NCBI GenBank assembly: GCA_038209745.1
Contig: JBBQXJ010000009.1
Span: 1 to 64,000 of the forward strand
Source: Verrucomicrobiota bacterium
GTDB lineage: Bacteria; Verrucomicrobiota; Verrucomicrobiia; Limisphaerales; CANJSG01
Direction: 5' to 3'
DNA: 64,000 nt
Part shown: positions 26,976 to 36,887 of the stretch, piece by piece
Numbering within the stretch: position 1 is the stretch's first letter
How the letters are laid out: each line of letters starts with the position of its first letter
Made by a program: the position numbers and the translations under genes
Notes under the pieces: generated by a model
What the model was told of the DNA's origin: nothing
Databases searched by the model: none
The model's input: the letters and a program-made list of their open reading frames with translations, nothing else

Positions 26976-27824
26976 ATGGATCCGATCGACGAACTCATAG
27001 CAAAGGTGCCGAATCTGCCTCCCGCACCGACGGTGGCGGTGGAACTTCTGGGACTATTCAAGGACCCCGACCGGGACATCGATCGAGTGGTGAATCTGAT
27101 CGGCCACGATCCTTCTCTGACCGCGGCGGTGCTGAAGCGCTGCGGGAGCGCCGCCCACGGCGGCAAACTTCCGACGGACGTGTTCGAGGCCGTCAATCGT
27201 CTCGGGTTCTACGAGGTCTACTGCCTGGTTGCCTCGGTCGTCGGCTCCCGCTCCATGGCGATGGCCAAGAACAGCGGGGGTCTCGATGTCGGCCGCCTCT
27301 GGACCCACGCCGTCATGAAGGCTGTCGCGGCCGGCGCCGTGGCCGACCACTGCGGGGAGGATGAAGCGCCAGCCTTCACCAGCGGACTCCTCCACGACGT
27401 GGGCAAGCTGATCTTCGCCTCGGCGGAAACCGAGCGCTACAACGCGGTCCTGCATGAAGGCGCCGATTGGGGCAGAGGACTGGCAGAGCGCGAACAAGCC
27501 GCCTTTGGAAAAAGCCATGCCGCCGTGGGCGCCCGACTTCTATCCCGTTGGGGCCTTCCTCCCTCGATCATAGTCTCGGTGTTGAACCATCACGGCTCGC
27601 CCATCGCCGCCGGCCCTTTTGAACGGCTGGCCTCGTGTGTCCATCTCGGAAACCTCCTGGCGCACTGCAAAACCGAGGGTGAACCCACCGAGAGCAATCT
27701 CTTCAGAGTCGCCGCCGCCGCCACCGAGTCCCTGGGGATCCGTCCTGATTCCCTCCCGGACATCCAGAAGGAATTCGACACGGGCCTGAAACGCGCCGAG
27801 AGCCTCCTTCAGATGGTCGTCTGA
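26976..27824 (+). CDS. HDOD domain protein
   Basis: LPPAPTVA, DPSLTAAVLK, LWTHAV, GLLHDVGKL, HAAVGARLLSRWGLP. Confidence 0.9.
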   Translation: MDPIDELIAKVPNLPPAPTVAVELLGLFKDPDRDIDRVVNLIGHDPSLTAAVLKRCGSAAHGGKLPTDVFEAVNRLGFYEVYCLVASVVGSRSMAMAKNSGGLDVGRLWTHAVMKAVAAGAVADHCGEDEAPAFTSGLLHDVGKLIFASAETERYNAVLHEGADWGRGLAEREQAAFGKSHAAVGARLLSRWGLPPSIIVSVLNHHGSPIAAGPFERLASCVHLGNLLAHCKTEGEPTESNLFRVAAAATESLGIRPDSLPDIQKEFDTGLKRAESLLQMVV

Positions 27825-27853
27825 CGAACCCGTTCCCGATGATCGCTGCGATC

Positions 27854-28615
27854 TCAGCGACACCGGGGGGCGTGGCCTACGATCCCGGATTCCCCCTCCG
27901 CCACTTCTTCCGCCACCATCGCGGGATCGACGCTCCATTCAGCCGCCAATCGGGTCAGCTTCTCACAGTTCCGGGCAGGGTCTTCCGAGCCGCGAGGCGA
28001 CACCGCTCCGTAGGCCGAGCAAACCATCTTCAACTCGCGCTCGGCGGCGGTCATCACGCCCTGGTTCCAGAGCACTTCGTCGGCCCACGCGTAGGCGCGG
28101 AAAACGTCCCCCGAATCCACGATGGCCCACGCATGGTGGTTCACCACCCGGTTGACGCCAAAGTATTGCACGTGGCCAAGCTCCACGCTGATCCGGCGCA
28201 AGAAATGGAAGCACTCATCGGGATCGTCGGCGGGATCGGGCAGACTGGACCCCACGACCAAAACCCATCCGTCGACCGGAGGCGAGATGAACAGCTTCTC
28301 GTCCCGCGCCTCGGCCAGTCCTTCATCCCAGGAACAAGGCAACCCGTCAGAAAGTCCGAGCGCGGTCTGGACCGTCTTGGAGGACGAAGACCTCACCGCG
28401 AGCCACCGGCCGGGACGTTCGAAAAGCAGCGCACGGATCGGACGGGAAAGGCGGTTTCCAAGACGGGCGGCGGAAGCGCGACGGCTGAACTTGAGACGCT
28501 CCTGAACCGTGCGCACGATGAACAGAGTCATCAAACCTCCGACCCCGATGCTCATTCCCAGAGGAATCAGCAGCAGCAGCCCGGTTAGCTCCGGGGATGG
28601 ATTGGCCCCTTCCAT
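27854..28615 (-). CDS. Hypothetical protein with N-terminal TM segment
   Basis: Fills the gap downstream of the dGTPase; globular domain LFISPPVDGWVLV...RAYAWADEVLWNQG. Confidence 0.7.
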   Translation of the reverse strand: MEGANPSPELTGLLLLIPLGMSIGVGGLMTLFIVRTVQERLKFSRRASAARLGNRLSRPIRALLFERPGRWLAVRSSSSKTVQTALGLSDGLPCSWDEGLAEARDEKLFISPPVDGWVLVVGSSLPDPADDPDECFHFLRRISVELGHVQYFGVNRVVNHHAWAIVDSGDVFRAYAWADEVLWNQGVMTAAERELKMVCSAYGAVSPRGSEDPARNCEKLTRLAAEWSVDPAMVAEEVAEGESGIVGHAPRCR

Positions 28616-28700
28616 ATCCCCAAGCTAGACCTCGATCACAACCGTTCAATCGGAAACTTGTCGCCATCGCAAATTTTCCGACGAGCCCCGGCGCGCCGGC

Positions 28701-29852
28701 TCAGAATCCGACCCCGAACAACCGGTAGTAGTCCTGGAGAGCATACCGGTCCGTCATGCCGGCCAAGTAGTCGCAGACCGCGCGGTGGACGCCCTCGCGC
28801 CGAATCCGCTTCCGGGACTGCTCGCCGACCGCCTCGGGGTGAAGGAGATAGTATTTGAAGAGCTCTTCCAGCATCCGGATGGCCCGGAGGTTCGGCTCGT
28901 GCACCACGGGATTGAAGTAGAGGTTCTGGTAGAGGAACTTCCGCAACTCCAAGTTCTGTTTCCGACGGCCGGCGCTGTAGCGCACCAATGGCTTGGCCTG
29001 CTTCCGCACATCGTCCGCGGAAGCCACCTTGGATTTGGCGATGGCAGCCTCGGTGGTGGTGACGACGTCCCGGACGTGGTCGTCGATCAGACAGCGGATG
29101 ATGAAATAGCGCCGGCACTCGTCGGGCAGCGCTCCGTGCGAGCGTTTCACGGCCTTGGCCGCCTTGTCCCACAGCTCCACGTGCTGGGACAGCTGTTTCT
29201 CCGAAAGCAGCCCGGAATCGAGCCCGTCGTCGAGGTCGTGGCTGTAGTAGGTGATCTCGTCGGCGAGATTGGCGACCTGGGCTTCGAGGGACGACGACTG
29301 GGAGGTGAAGCCCAGAGCCTTCTCCGGCTTGTCGTAGGCCGTCTGGTGCTTGGCCAGTCCCTCGCGCACTTCCCACGACAGATTGAGCCCGAGAAAGCCG
29401 GGATACTTCTGCTCCAGCTCCTCGACCACCCGAAGCGACTGGCGGTTGTGCTCGAACCCTCCGTGCTTGCGCATCATCCGATCCAACACCTGCTCGCCCT
29501 TGTGACCGAACGGCGAATGTCCGAGGTCATGGGCCAGCGCGATGGTCTCGGTCAGGTCTTCGTTGAGGCGCAGGGCGCGGGCGATGTTCCGGGAGATCGC
29601 CGCCACTTCCATCGTGTGGGTCAGGCGGGTCCGGAGATGGTCTCCGGTGCCGTTCAGGAAGACCTGCGTCTTGTATTCGAGCCGACGAAACGCCTTCGAA
29701 TGGATCACCCGATCCCGGTCGCGCTGGTATTGCGTCCGCCATTCCGGAGGCGGTTCCTTGGAGTTCCGGCCGCGGGTATCGGCGCTGAACTGGGCGTAGG
29801 GCGCCAAGGTCAGGCGCTCCCGCGCCTCCAATTCGATGCGGATACAGGGCAT
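28701..29852 (-). CDS. dgt: Deoxyguanosinetriphosphate triphosphohydrolase (HD)
   Basis: RDRDRVIHSKAFRRLEYKTQVF, RTRLTHTMEV, AHDLGHSPFGHKGE, ADEITYYSHDLDD, DYLAGMTDRYA. Confidence 0.93.
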   Translation of the reverse strand: MPCIRIELEARERLTLAPYAQFSADTRGRNSKEPPPEWRTQYQRDRDRVIHSKAFRRLEYKTQVFLNGTGDHLRTRLTHTMEVAAISRNIARALRLNEDLTETIALAHDLGHSPFGHKGEQVLDRMMRKHGGFEHNRQSLRVVEELEQKYPGFLGLNLSWEVREGLAKHQTAYDKPEKALGFTSQSSSLEAQVANLADEITYYSHDLDDGLDSGLLSEKQLSQHVELWDKAAKAVKRSHGALPDECRRYFIIRCLIDDHVRDVVTTTEAAIAKSKVASADDVRKQAKPLVRYSAGRRKQNLELRKFLYQNLYFNPVVHEPNLRAIRMLEELFKYYLLHPEAVGEQSRKRIRREGVHRAVCDYLAGMTDRYALQDYYRLFGVGF

Positions 29853-29892
29853 GAAAATGCGGGGCGGAGAAAGGTCCGAGACGGTCGGGGCA

Positions 29893-31119
29893 TCAGGCCT
29901 GGAGCAAGCCGACCACGTCCACGCCCTTCAGCTCGAAGAGCCGGCGAATGGTGTCCTCGATCAGGTTGTTCGGGCACGACGCACCGGCGGTGATGCCGAC
30001 GGTGATCTCTCCAACGGGCAGCCAGTCGCGGGTCTCGACCTCTTCCTTGATGTGCTGGTTGTAGTGCCGGATCAACCCGCCGGATTCCATCATCGCGGCG
30101 TTCTTGATGAAGTAGGTCGGGAGAATGGCCTCGCCCATCTCGGCCAGATGCGAGGTGTTGGAAGAATTGTAGCCGCCGACGACGATCAACAGGTTCATCG
30201 ACTCCTTGAAGAGCTTCTCCAGCGCGTCCTGCCGGTCCTGGGTCGCTCCACAGATCGTGTCGAAGAAGCGGAAATGACTGGGCACTTCCGGCTCGCTGTA
30301 GCGCTTCACGATGGCGGTGCGGAATCGGCGCTGCACCTCCTCCGTCTCGCCGCGCAGCATGGTCGTCTGGTTGGCCACCCCGATCGCCTTGAGATGAAGG
30401 TCGGGATCGAATCCGTCCGAATAGGCTCCCTCGAACTTCTTGAGGAACTCCTCCTTGTCGCCACCCTCGACGATGTAGCGGCAGACGTAGTCGGTCTCGT
30501 CGAGATTGTAGACCACGAGGTAGTGGCTGTTGCCGGCGGTCGCCTGGGAACTCGTGGCCTTGGTCTCCTCGTGCCACGCCTTGCCGTGGATGATGCTCGT
30601 GATCTTCTCCAAGGAATATTCACGGACCCGGCGCCAGACACGCATCACGTCGCCGCAAGTGGTGTCGACGATCTCGCAGCCCTTGGACTGGAGCTTGATC
30701 CGGGTGGCCACCTCGGTGCCGAAAGCGGGGATGATGACGACATCTCCGGGCTTCACCACGCCGAGATCCTCGTCCGTCGGCTTACCGGGGATGCTCTTGA
30801 TCCCCATGTTCCGGATCTGGTCGTTGACCTCGGGGTTGTGGATGATCTCGCCGAGGAGATGGATGGGATGCGGCTCCGGAAAGACCTTGCGGGCGGCATA
30901 GGCGAGATCGATGGCGCGCTCCACGCCGTAGCAGAAGCCGAACTCCTTCGCCAAACGGATGGTGATCTTGCCGGGAGCGGTGAGCTGGGAGCCGTTCGCC
31001 CGGATGCGGTCCACGAGCTCGCTCCGGTAATGGGACAGCACCTGGGCCTGGACGACCTGCATCACGTCCGGCCGCCGGAGATTGATCTTTTTGGGCTTAC
31101 TAGGCTCGTCAGAAGACAT
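29893..31119 (-). CDS. ispH: 4-hydroxy-3-methylbut-2-enyl diphosphate reductase
   Basis: FGFCYGVERA, EIIHNP, DTTCG, NQTT, DTICGATQDRQ, GGYNSSNT, TAGASCP. Confidence 0.96.
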   Translation of the reverse strand: MSSDEPSKPKKINLRRPDVMQVVQAQVLSHYRSELVDRIRANGSQLTAPGKITIRLAKEFGFCYGVERAIDLAYAARKVFPEPHPIHLLGEIIHNPEVNDQIRNMGIKSIPGKPTDEDLGVVKPGDVVIIPAFGTEVATRIKLQSKGCEIVDTTCGDVMRVWRRVREYSLEKITSIIHGKAWHEETKATSSQATAGNSHYLVVYNLDETDYVCRYIVEGGDKEEFLKKFEGAYSDGFDPDLHLKAIGVANQTTMLRGETEEVQRRFRTAIVKRYSEPEVPSHFRFFDTICGATQDRQDALEKLFKESMNLLIVVGGYNSSNTSHLAEMGEAILPTYFIKNAAMMESGGLIRHYNQHIKEEVETRDWLPVGEITVGITAGASCPNNLIEDTIRRLFELKGVDVVGLLQA

Positions 31120-31228
31120 GTGAACCAGAGACTAACAGCGGACCAAGGTGCGTCCACGTCGAAGTTGCCGCCCCAAAAACCGGGCGGGCACTGGCAAACG
31201 TTCTCTTTTTGGGGCAGCCTCCAGAGCG

Positions 31229-33565
31229 ATGCGACACTGGTGGATCCTGCTCTCCTTCGGCCTGAGTCTTCAGGCCGCCGAAAGCTTTTCGCCGGAAGGG
31301 CTCGAGTTCTTTGAGAAGCGCATCCGCCCCGTCCTCGTCGCCAATTGCTACGAATGCCACAGCGCCGAACAGGCCAAACGCAAAGGCGGCCTTCTGCTCG
31401 ATTCGCGGGCGTCCCTCTTGGCCGGAGGCGATACCGGACCCGCCGCCGTGGTCGGCCAACCCGAGAACAGCCTCCTCGTCCGCGCCATTCACCGGGTCGA
31501 CAGCGACCTCAAAATGCCGCCGAAGAAGAATCTCCAGCCGGACCAGATCCGCGACTTCGAAGCTTGGATCCGCATGGGCCTGCCCGATCCCCGCATCGCG
31601 TCCGCGCCGACAACCCAAACCCAGGCCACCTCCCGCGACGCCGCGTCAGAGCGCAAGTTCTGGTCCTACCAACCCATACGCGATCCCGCGCCACCCGTCT
31701 CCCTCAGCGCCGGATTGGGCCGCAATCCCGTCGACCAGTTCATCCTCGCCACTCTGGATGCCCGCGGCCTCAGCCCGAATCCCGAGGCCGACCGGACCAC
31801 CTTGATCCGACGGGTGACATTCGACCTTACGGGCCTTCCGCCGACTCCAACGGAGATCGACGCGTTCCTTCGGGATCCGTCTTCGAACGCCTATGAGCAG
31901 CTGGTTGATCGACTGCTGGATTCTCCCCGGTTCGGCGAACAGTTCGGCCGCCACTGGCTCGATCTCGTCCGATATGCCGACACGGCGGGCGACAGCTCAG
32001 ACTACCCGATTCCCCAGGCGGCCCGATATCGCGACTACGTGGTGGACTCCTTCAACGAGGACAAGCCCTACGACCAGTTCCTCCGTGAACAAATCGCCGG
32101 CGATCTTCTGCCTTGGACCGATCAAGCCGAGCGCAACGAGCATCTCGTCGCCACCGGCTTCATCGCCCTCTCCCGCCGTTTCGGCACAGACGAGGGCCAG
32201 TTCGAACTCACGATCGACGACACCATCGACACCTTTTCCAAGTCGCTTCTCGGCCTGTCCGTCAGCTGCGCGCGCTGTCACGACCATAAGTTCGACGCCA
32301 TCTCCCAGCGCGACTACTACGCGCTCTACGGGATCTTCAAGAGCACCCGTTATCCGTTCCCCGGCGCCGAGACGGACCAGCGTCCGCACGATCTCGTGCC
32401 GCTCTTCGCACAGGAGACGGTCGACCGACTGCTGAAGCCAACCCGCGACCCGCTGGCGCGGCTCGACGAGACGATCAAGAAGCTCAATGCGGAAAAACCT
32501 GCCGGCGAATCGTCAGCGGACGAATTGAACCGTCTGGTGCAACGGCGCCGCCAACTGCGCGACGAACAGCCGCTCATCCCGAGCGCCTTCGCCGTGGCCG
32601 AGGGACACGCGGCCGACGCTCCCATCTTCCTGCGCGGAGAGAAGTGGCGCATCGGCGACTCCGTGCCGCGCGGGTTCCTCGCCGTTCTCGGCGGCCAGAC
32701 CCTGCCTCCCGGCTCGACCCAAAGCGGCCGGCTCGAACTGGCCCAATGGGTCACCGCGCCGGACAATCCCCTCACCGCCCGCGTCATGGCCAACCGAGTC
32801 TGGCAATGGCTCCTCGGTCGCGGCCTTGTCGCCACGCCCAACGACTTCGGCCGTCGGGGCCGTGCGCCCACCCATCCCGAACTCCTCGACTTCCTCGCGT
32901 CGCGCCTGTCGCAAGACGGTGGGTCGGTGAAGCGGCTGGCCCGCCTCGTCGCCACGTCCCGCACCTATCGCCAGAGCAGCGCCGCCTACGGGCCCAATCT
33001 CCTCGCCGATCCGGACAACGCCCTGCTTTGGCGCTTCAACCGCCGGCGTCTCTCGGCCGAAGAGCTTCGCGACGGCGCGCTCTCCGCCGCCGGAACGCTG
33101 GATCTGGATCCGGGCGTCACCCACCCGTTCCCACCGACGAGCGAGTGGAACTTCACCCAGCACTTCCAGTTCACGGCCAACTACCCGACCGACAAACGTT
33201 CCCTCTATCTGATGCAGCAGCGCATCCAGCGGCAGCCCTTCCTCGCGCTCTTCGACGGGGCCGATCCCAATGCCAGCACACCCGACCGGCCCCCGACCAC
33301 CAGTCCGCTGCAAGCCCTGTATTTCCTGAACAGCCCGCGCGCCCACGAATTGTCCACCGCCTTCGCCGACCGCGTCCTGCGCGACGCCCACAATCCCGCG
33401 GACCAGATCGATCTCGCCTGGAAACTGGCCTTCGGTCGGACTCCGACAGGAGACGAACAGGCCCGGACTTTGGACTACCTCACCCAGGCCCCATCCACCC
33501 GGACCGCATGGGAAAGCCTCGCCCGCGCCCTCCTCGCCTCGAACGAATTCGCCTTCATCGACTGA
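31229..33565 (+). CDS. Planctomycete cytochrome c + DUF1549 + DUF1553 protein
   Basis: FFEKRIRPVL..NCYECH, LIRRVTFDLTGLPPT, RHWLDLVRYAD, CARCHDHKFD, NPLTARVMANRVWQ, HPELLD. Confidence 0.93.
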   Translation: MRHWWILLSFGLSLQAAESFSPEGLEFFEKRIRPVLVANCYECHSAEQAKRKGGLLLDSRASLLAGGDTGPAAVVGQPENSLLVRAIHRVDSDLKMPPKKNLQPDQIRDFEAWIRMGLPDPRIASAPTTQTQATSRDAASERKFWSYQPIRDPAPPVSLSAGLGRNPVDQFILATLDARGLSPNPEADRTTLIRRVTFDLTGLPPTPTEIDAFLRDPSSNAYEQLVDRLLDSPRFGEQFGRHWLDLVRYADTAGDSSDYPIPQAARYRDYVVDSFNEDKPYDQFLREQIAGDLLPWTDQAERNEHLVATGFIALSRRFGTDEGQFELTIDDTIDTFSKSLLGLSVSCARCHDHKFDAISQRDYYALYGIFKSTRYPFPGAETDQRPHDLVPLFAQETVDRLLKPTRDPLARLDETIKKLNAEKPAGESSADELNRLVQRRRQLRDEQPLIPSAFAVAEGHAADAPIFLRGEKWRIGDSVPRGFLAVLGGQTLPPGSTQSGRLELAQWVTAPDNPLTARVMANRVWQWLLGRGLVATPNDFGRRGRAPTHPELLDFLASRLSQDGGSVKRLARLVATSRTYRQSSAAYGPNLLADPDNALLWRFNRRRLSAEELRDGALSAAGTLDLDPGVTHPFPPTSEWNFTQHFQFTANYPTDKRSLYLMQQRIQRQPFLALFDGADPNASTPDRPPTTSPLQALYFLNSPRAHELSTAFADRVLRDAHNPADQIDLAWKLAFGRTPTGDEQARTLDYLTQAPSTRTAWESLARALLASNEFAFID

Positions 33566-33646
33566 GAGCCAACTGCCTGCATCCACGGCGGAGGCCGGGG
33601 TTTTCCCGACTGGAAATGTGGTCATCCTTCTGCAACTTTTACCCCC

Positions 33647-34573
33647 ATGTTGTCGCGCCGCTGCCGAGCCCTGCTTGCCGCCATGGTGTATTGGACCGCC
33701 CTCGTCGTGCCCCTGCACGCCGCCGGAACCCTCGCCCAGTTCCGCACGGTCCTGGGCGACATCGAAGTGGAACTGATGGACGCGGACAAGCCGGTCACCA
33801 CCGCCAATTTCATCCGCTACGTGCAGACCGGCGCCTACACCAACATGTTCCTCCACCGCTGCATCCCGGGCTTCATCGTCCAGGGCGGCGGTTTCGCCAT
33901 CACGAACGGCATCGCCAACACGAACTACTTCTACGCCTACGCCGATGTCACGAACTACGGGGCCATCACCAATGAGTATCGGGTCGGCCCCCTGGTCTCC
34001 AACACCTACGGAACCATCGCCATGGCCAAGATCGGCACCGACCCGAATTCCGCCTCGTCCCAGTGGTTCTTCAATCTCGGAAACAATTCCACCAATCTGG
34101 ACAACCAGAACGGCGGGTTCACCGTTTTCGGCCGCGTGGTTGACGGCACCAATGTGTTGGAAAACTTCAACGCCCGAAAAAAGACCAATCCGTCCGGCAC
34201 CGCCGTGGTTGCCAACGGAATCGTCGACCTGACCTGGTGGTTCCCGCACAGCCAAGCCGCCATGCTCTTCAGCGACCTGCCCGTCACCTACGACAGCTCG
34301 GCCGATCCCAACAACACCCCCTTTCCCAACTACGACACCCTCGTCTATGCCGATGTGACCCTGCTGGAGGTGAAGGTGACCTCCAGCGCCGGAGGCCGGG
34401 AGATCTCGTGGAACAGCGTCAACAACCAGGTGAACCAGGTGGAGTTCACCACGAGCTTTCCGCCCGTCTGGCAATCGCTCGTGTCCACCAACGGGGACGG
34501 CAATCGCTATTCAGTGACCGACACCAACACCGCCGGCCCCTCCCGCTTCTATCGGATCCGGGCGGACTTCTAG
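33647..34573 (+). CDS. Secreted cyclophilin-type peptidylprolyl isomerase with C-terminal RFYR-ending domain
   Basis: Signal peptide; PVTTANFIRY, HRCIPGFIVQGGG, GTIAMAK, SQWFFNL, FTVFGRV; ends PSRFYRIRADF. Confidence 0.9.
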   Translation: MLSRRCRALLAAMVYWTALVVPLHAAGTLAQFRTVLGDIEVELMDADKPVTTANFIRYVQTGAYTNMFLHRCIPGFIVQGGGFAITNGIANTNYFYAYADVTNYGAITNEYRVGPLVSNTYGTIAMAKIGTDPNSASSQWFFNLGNNSTNLDNQNGGFTVFGRVVDGTNVLENFNARKKTNPSGTAVVANGIVDLTWWFPHSQAAMLFSDLPVTYDSSADPNNTPFPNYDTLVYADVTLLEVKVTSSAGGREISWNSVNNQVNQVEFTTSFPPVWQSLVSTNGDGNRYSVTDTNTAGPSRFYRIRADF

Positions 34574-34653
34574 CCAGTTGAAGAAATGGCGAGGCCGTGT
34601 TGTTCAAGGCCGGAGGGCACGGGCACACCGGCTCCGACTTTTCTTAAACCGCT

Positions 34654-36753
34654 CTAGTCGGGCCGTTTGCCGTTCGAAACCGGCAACCACCTCACCGCGT
34701 CGGCCACGACATGCCCGGTCGTCCCGTCGGTCCGGAGCCGGAGCACGGCATTGGTGCCCGCGACAAAATTCGTCGTCAGCAAGGTCGCCCACTGTCCATT
34801 CTTCACCGTCTGATCGACATGGATCGTGGTCGTGCCGCCCGGATGCACCACGTCCACCGGAACCCGTTTCGCCCGGTGGTAGCTCGCCGTCCATCGCATC
34901 TGCACGGAGTAGACTCCGTTTGATGGCAGGTTCGGCCGGTAGGTGACGCTCTTGGTTCCCTTGCCCTCGCCGAGATCGTGCAGGTATTCGTCTCCCCAGA
35001 ATCCCTCGATGGAATGGCTGCCTTCCCACCGGCCTTCCAGAACGACGCGCCGATCGCGTTCGTCCAAAATGATTCCTTCCGCCGAAGCATCGCCGCCCGA
35101 ACCCCACGTCAGAATCTGGCCATCCTTCACCAGTCGGGCGGCCAGCTTTGCGTAGTCCACCTTTTGCACCGCCACCCCGTCGTCGATCGCCAAGACGGCG
35201 GCCGTCGCCGCCGATTGCCCCGCCATCATGAAGACCGGCTCCATGCGGGTGGATCCGAACGCGATGTGGGTCGCGGAGAGGGCGAAGGTGACGAAGAGGT
35301 TCCCGCACTCGCCGGGTTTCGGCACGATCGAGCGATAGGAGATCGGATACGGCCGTGGCACGCCGATCTGGACATCGCCTTCGTTGATGGCGAACCCGTC
35401 CTTCACCCCGCGCTGGATGTTGTGCGAATCCATGTTGTAGGAACCGAGACAGACAGAATCCTCCGCCACCCGCCGGCTCAGACAGTCGGCCTGCGTGACC
35501 ACGTAGTCGCTCACCATCCGGCGCGCTTCCCGCACATAGATCTGAGAGGAATAGCCACCGGTATCCTGCCATTCGTCGCGACACGGCCCCCACGACCCGA
35601 TCTCGTGGCGGAGACTCGCGGGCGACCGGGGACTGGTCTCCAAGAAGTGGATCAACCCCTGGATGTAGTCCAGGTGTTCACGATCCATCCGCGCGCGCTC
35701 GACGTAGGTGTTCGTCGGATAGGTCCAGTTCATCCCGAGGTAGTCGGTGGAGAACGGCCCGTTGTTGTTCATGTCCGTCTTGCCGTTCGGCATGCCCCTG
35801 ACGCTCAGAAAGTCCGCCATCTTCGGCGGGGTCCCGGTGGCGGCCTCGGCGTCGAGCAAACGGCCCAAAAGCTCGAAGCGCGCAGGATCGTAGTTCGGCG
35901 GCACGGCGTTCGGCCGCCGGTTCGTCGGATTCTGGGTGAAGCACAGACGGAAGTTGTAGGCTTGGATGCGAACGTCTCCATCGCCGGGCCGGCCGCCGTC
36001 GCCCGGTTGAATGAAGGGCAGCAGGCCGCTCGCTGGATTTCCCGGGACGACGTAGGGATCCACCTTTACCGCGAACTGGTGCTTCGGCGTCTTTTCCCGG
36101 ATGCCGTTCAACGATTCCCCGAAGGTGGCCACGCTCTCGCGGCCGAAGGTGAAGGACACGCCCGCCATGGCCAGCAGATCCCCCTCGTAGGTCGCGTCGA
36201 TGAACATCCGGGCGCGATAGACGGTGCCGTCCTCCATCGTGATCTGCGTGATGCGGTCGCCCGACTTTTGCACCGAGGCGAAACGCTGGTTCCAACGCGG
36301 TTCCACCCCGGTCTCCTTCAACCACGCCGCATAGATGTCCGAAGCCACGTGCGGCTCGAAGACGAAGGTCTCCTTCAAGCCATAGTGCCGGCCCGCCCGC
36401 TGATAGAACTCACGGGCAATCCCGCCGATGCTCGGCACCCGCCCCACGTCCGTCGCGCCCAACCCGCCAGAGGTCAGCCCACCAAGATGGGAGTCGAACA
36501 CCGCGAGGGAAACCGTCTTGCCCATGCGCGCCACTTGAATGGCCGAAGCGATCCCTCCCGAAGTACCTCCATAGACGCAGACATCCGTCTCGACGACCGC
36601 CGCCACCGCCGCCGCACCGCTGCCGACCAAAAACGCCAGTGCGATCAACACCCGGAGCCACGGCAAAAACCCTCCAGAAACCACGGTCGATCTGGGGTAG
36701 GAATCCAGCGTCCGCCGACGGCGATCAGTATTGAAAGAGTCCATTCGCGTCAT
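34654..36753 (-). CDS. Secreted FAD-dependent oxidoreductase with C-terminal xanthan-lyase-like beta-sandwich domain
   Basis: DVCVYGGTSGG, GGLTSGGL, FIDATYEGDL, YVREARRM, STRMEPVFM; C-terminal GTTGHVVADAVRW; start uncertain. Confidence 0.85.
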   Translation of the reverse strand: MTRMDSFNTDRRRRTLDSYPRSTVVSGGFLPWLRVLIALAFLVGSGAAAVAAVVETDVCVYGGTSGGIASAIQVARMGKTVSLAVFDSHLGGLTSGGLGATDVGRVPSIGGIAREFYQRAGRHYGLKETFVFEPHVASDIYAAWLKETGVEPRWNQRFASVQKSGDRITQITMEDGTVYRARMFIDATYEGDLLAMAGVSFTFGRESVATFGESLNGIREKTPKHQFAVKVDPYVVPGNPASGLLPFIQPGDGGRPGDGDVRIQAYNFRLCFTQNPTNRRPNAVPPNYDPARFELLGRLLDAEAATGTPPKMADFLSVRGMPNGKTDMNNNGPFSTDYLGMNWTYPTNTYVERARMDREHLDYIQGLIHFLETSPRSPASLRHEIGSWGPCRDEWQDTGGYSSQIYVREARRMVSDYVVTQADCLSRRVAEDSVCLGSYNMDSHNIQRGVKDGFAINEGDVQIGVPRPYPISYRSIVPKPGECGNLFVTFALSATHIAFGSTRMEPVFMMAGQSAATAAVLAIDDGVAVQKVDYAKLAARLVKDGQILTWGSGGDASAEGIILDERDRRVVLEGRWEGSHSIEGFWGDEYLHDLGEGKGTKSVTYRPNLPSNGVYSVQMRWTASYHRAKRVPVDVVHPGGTTTIHVDQTVKNGQWATLLTTNFVAGTNAVLRLRTDGTTGHVVADAVRWLPVSNGKRPD

Positions 36754-36887
36754 GCATCGATGAAGAAGTTTCCCCCAGTCTCAGGAAATGAGGCCATCGC
36801 GTCGACTCCGCAGGTGGGACCGCGTGGGCCGCCACGCGACGAACCGCAGTTGTCCCGGACCGGGTTTCCGCTAGGCTGCGCGCCGAC

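Noticed and set aside
28701..29852. dGTPase as an anti-phage defence gene
   Set aside because: Short housekeeping-type protein directly downstream of ispH, with no defence-island context
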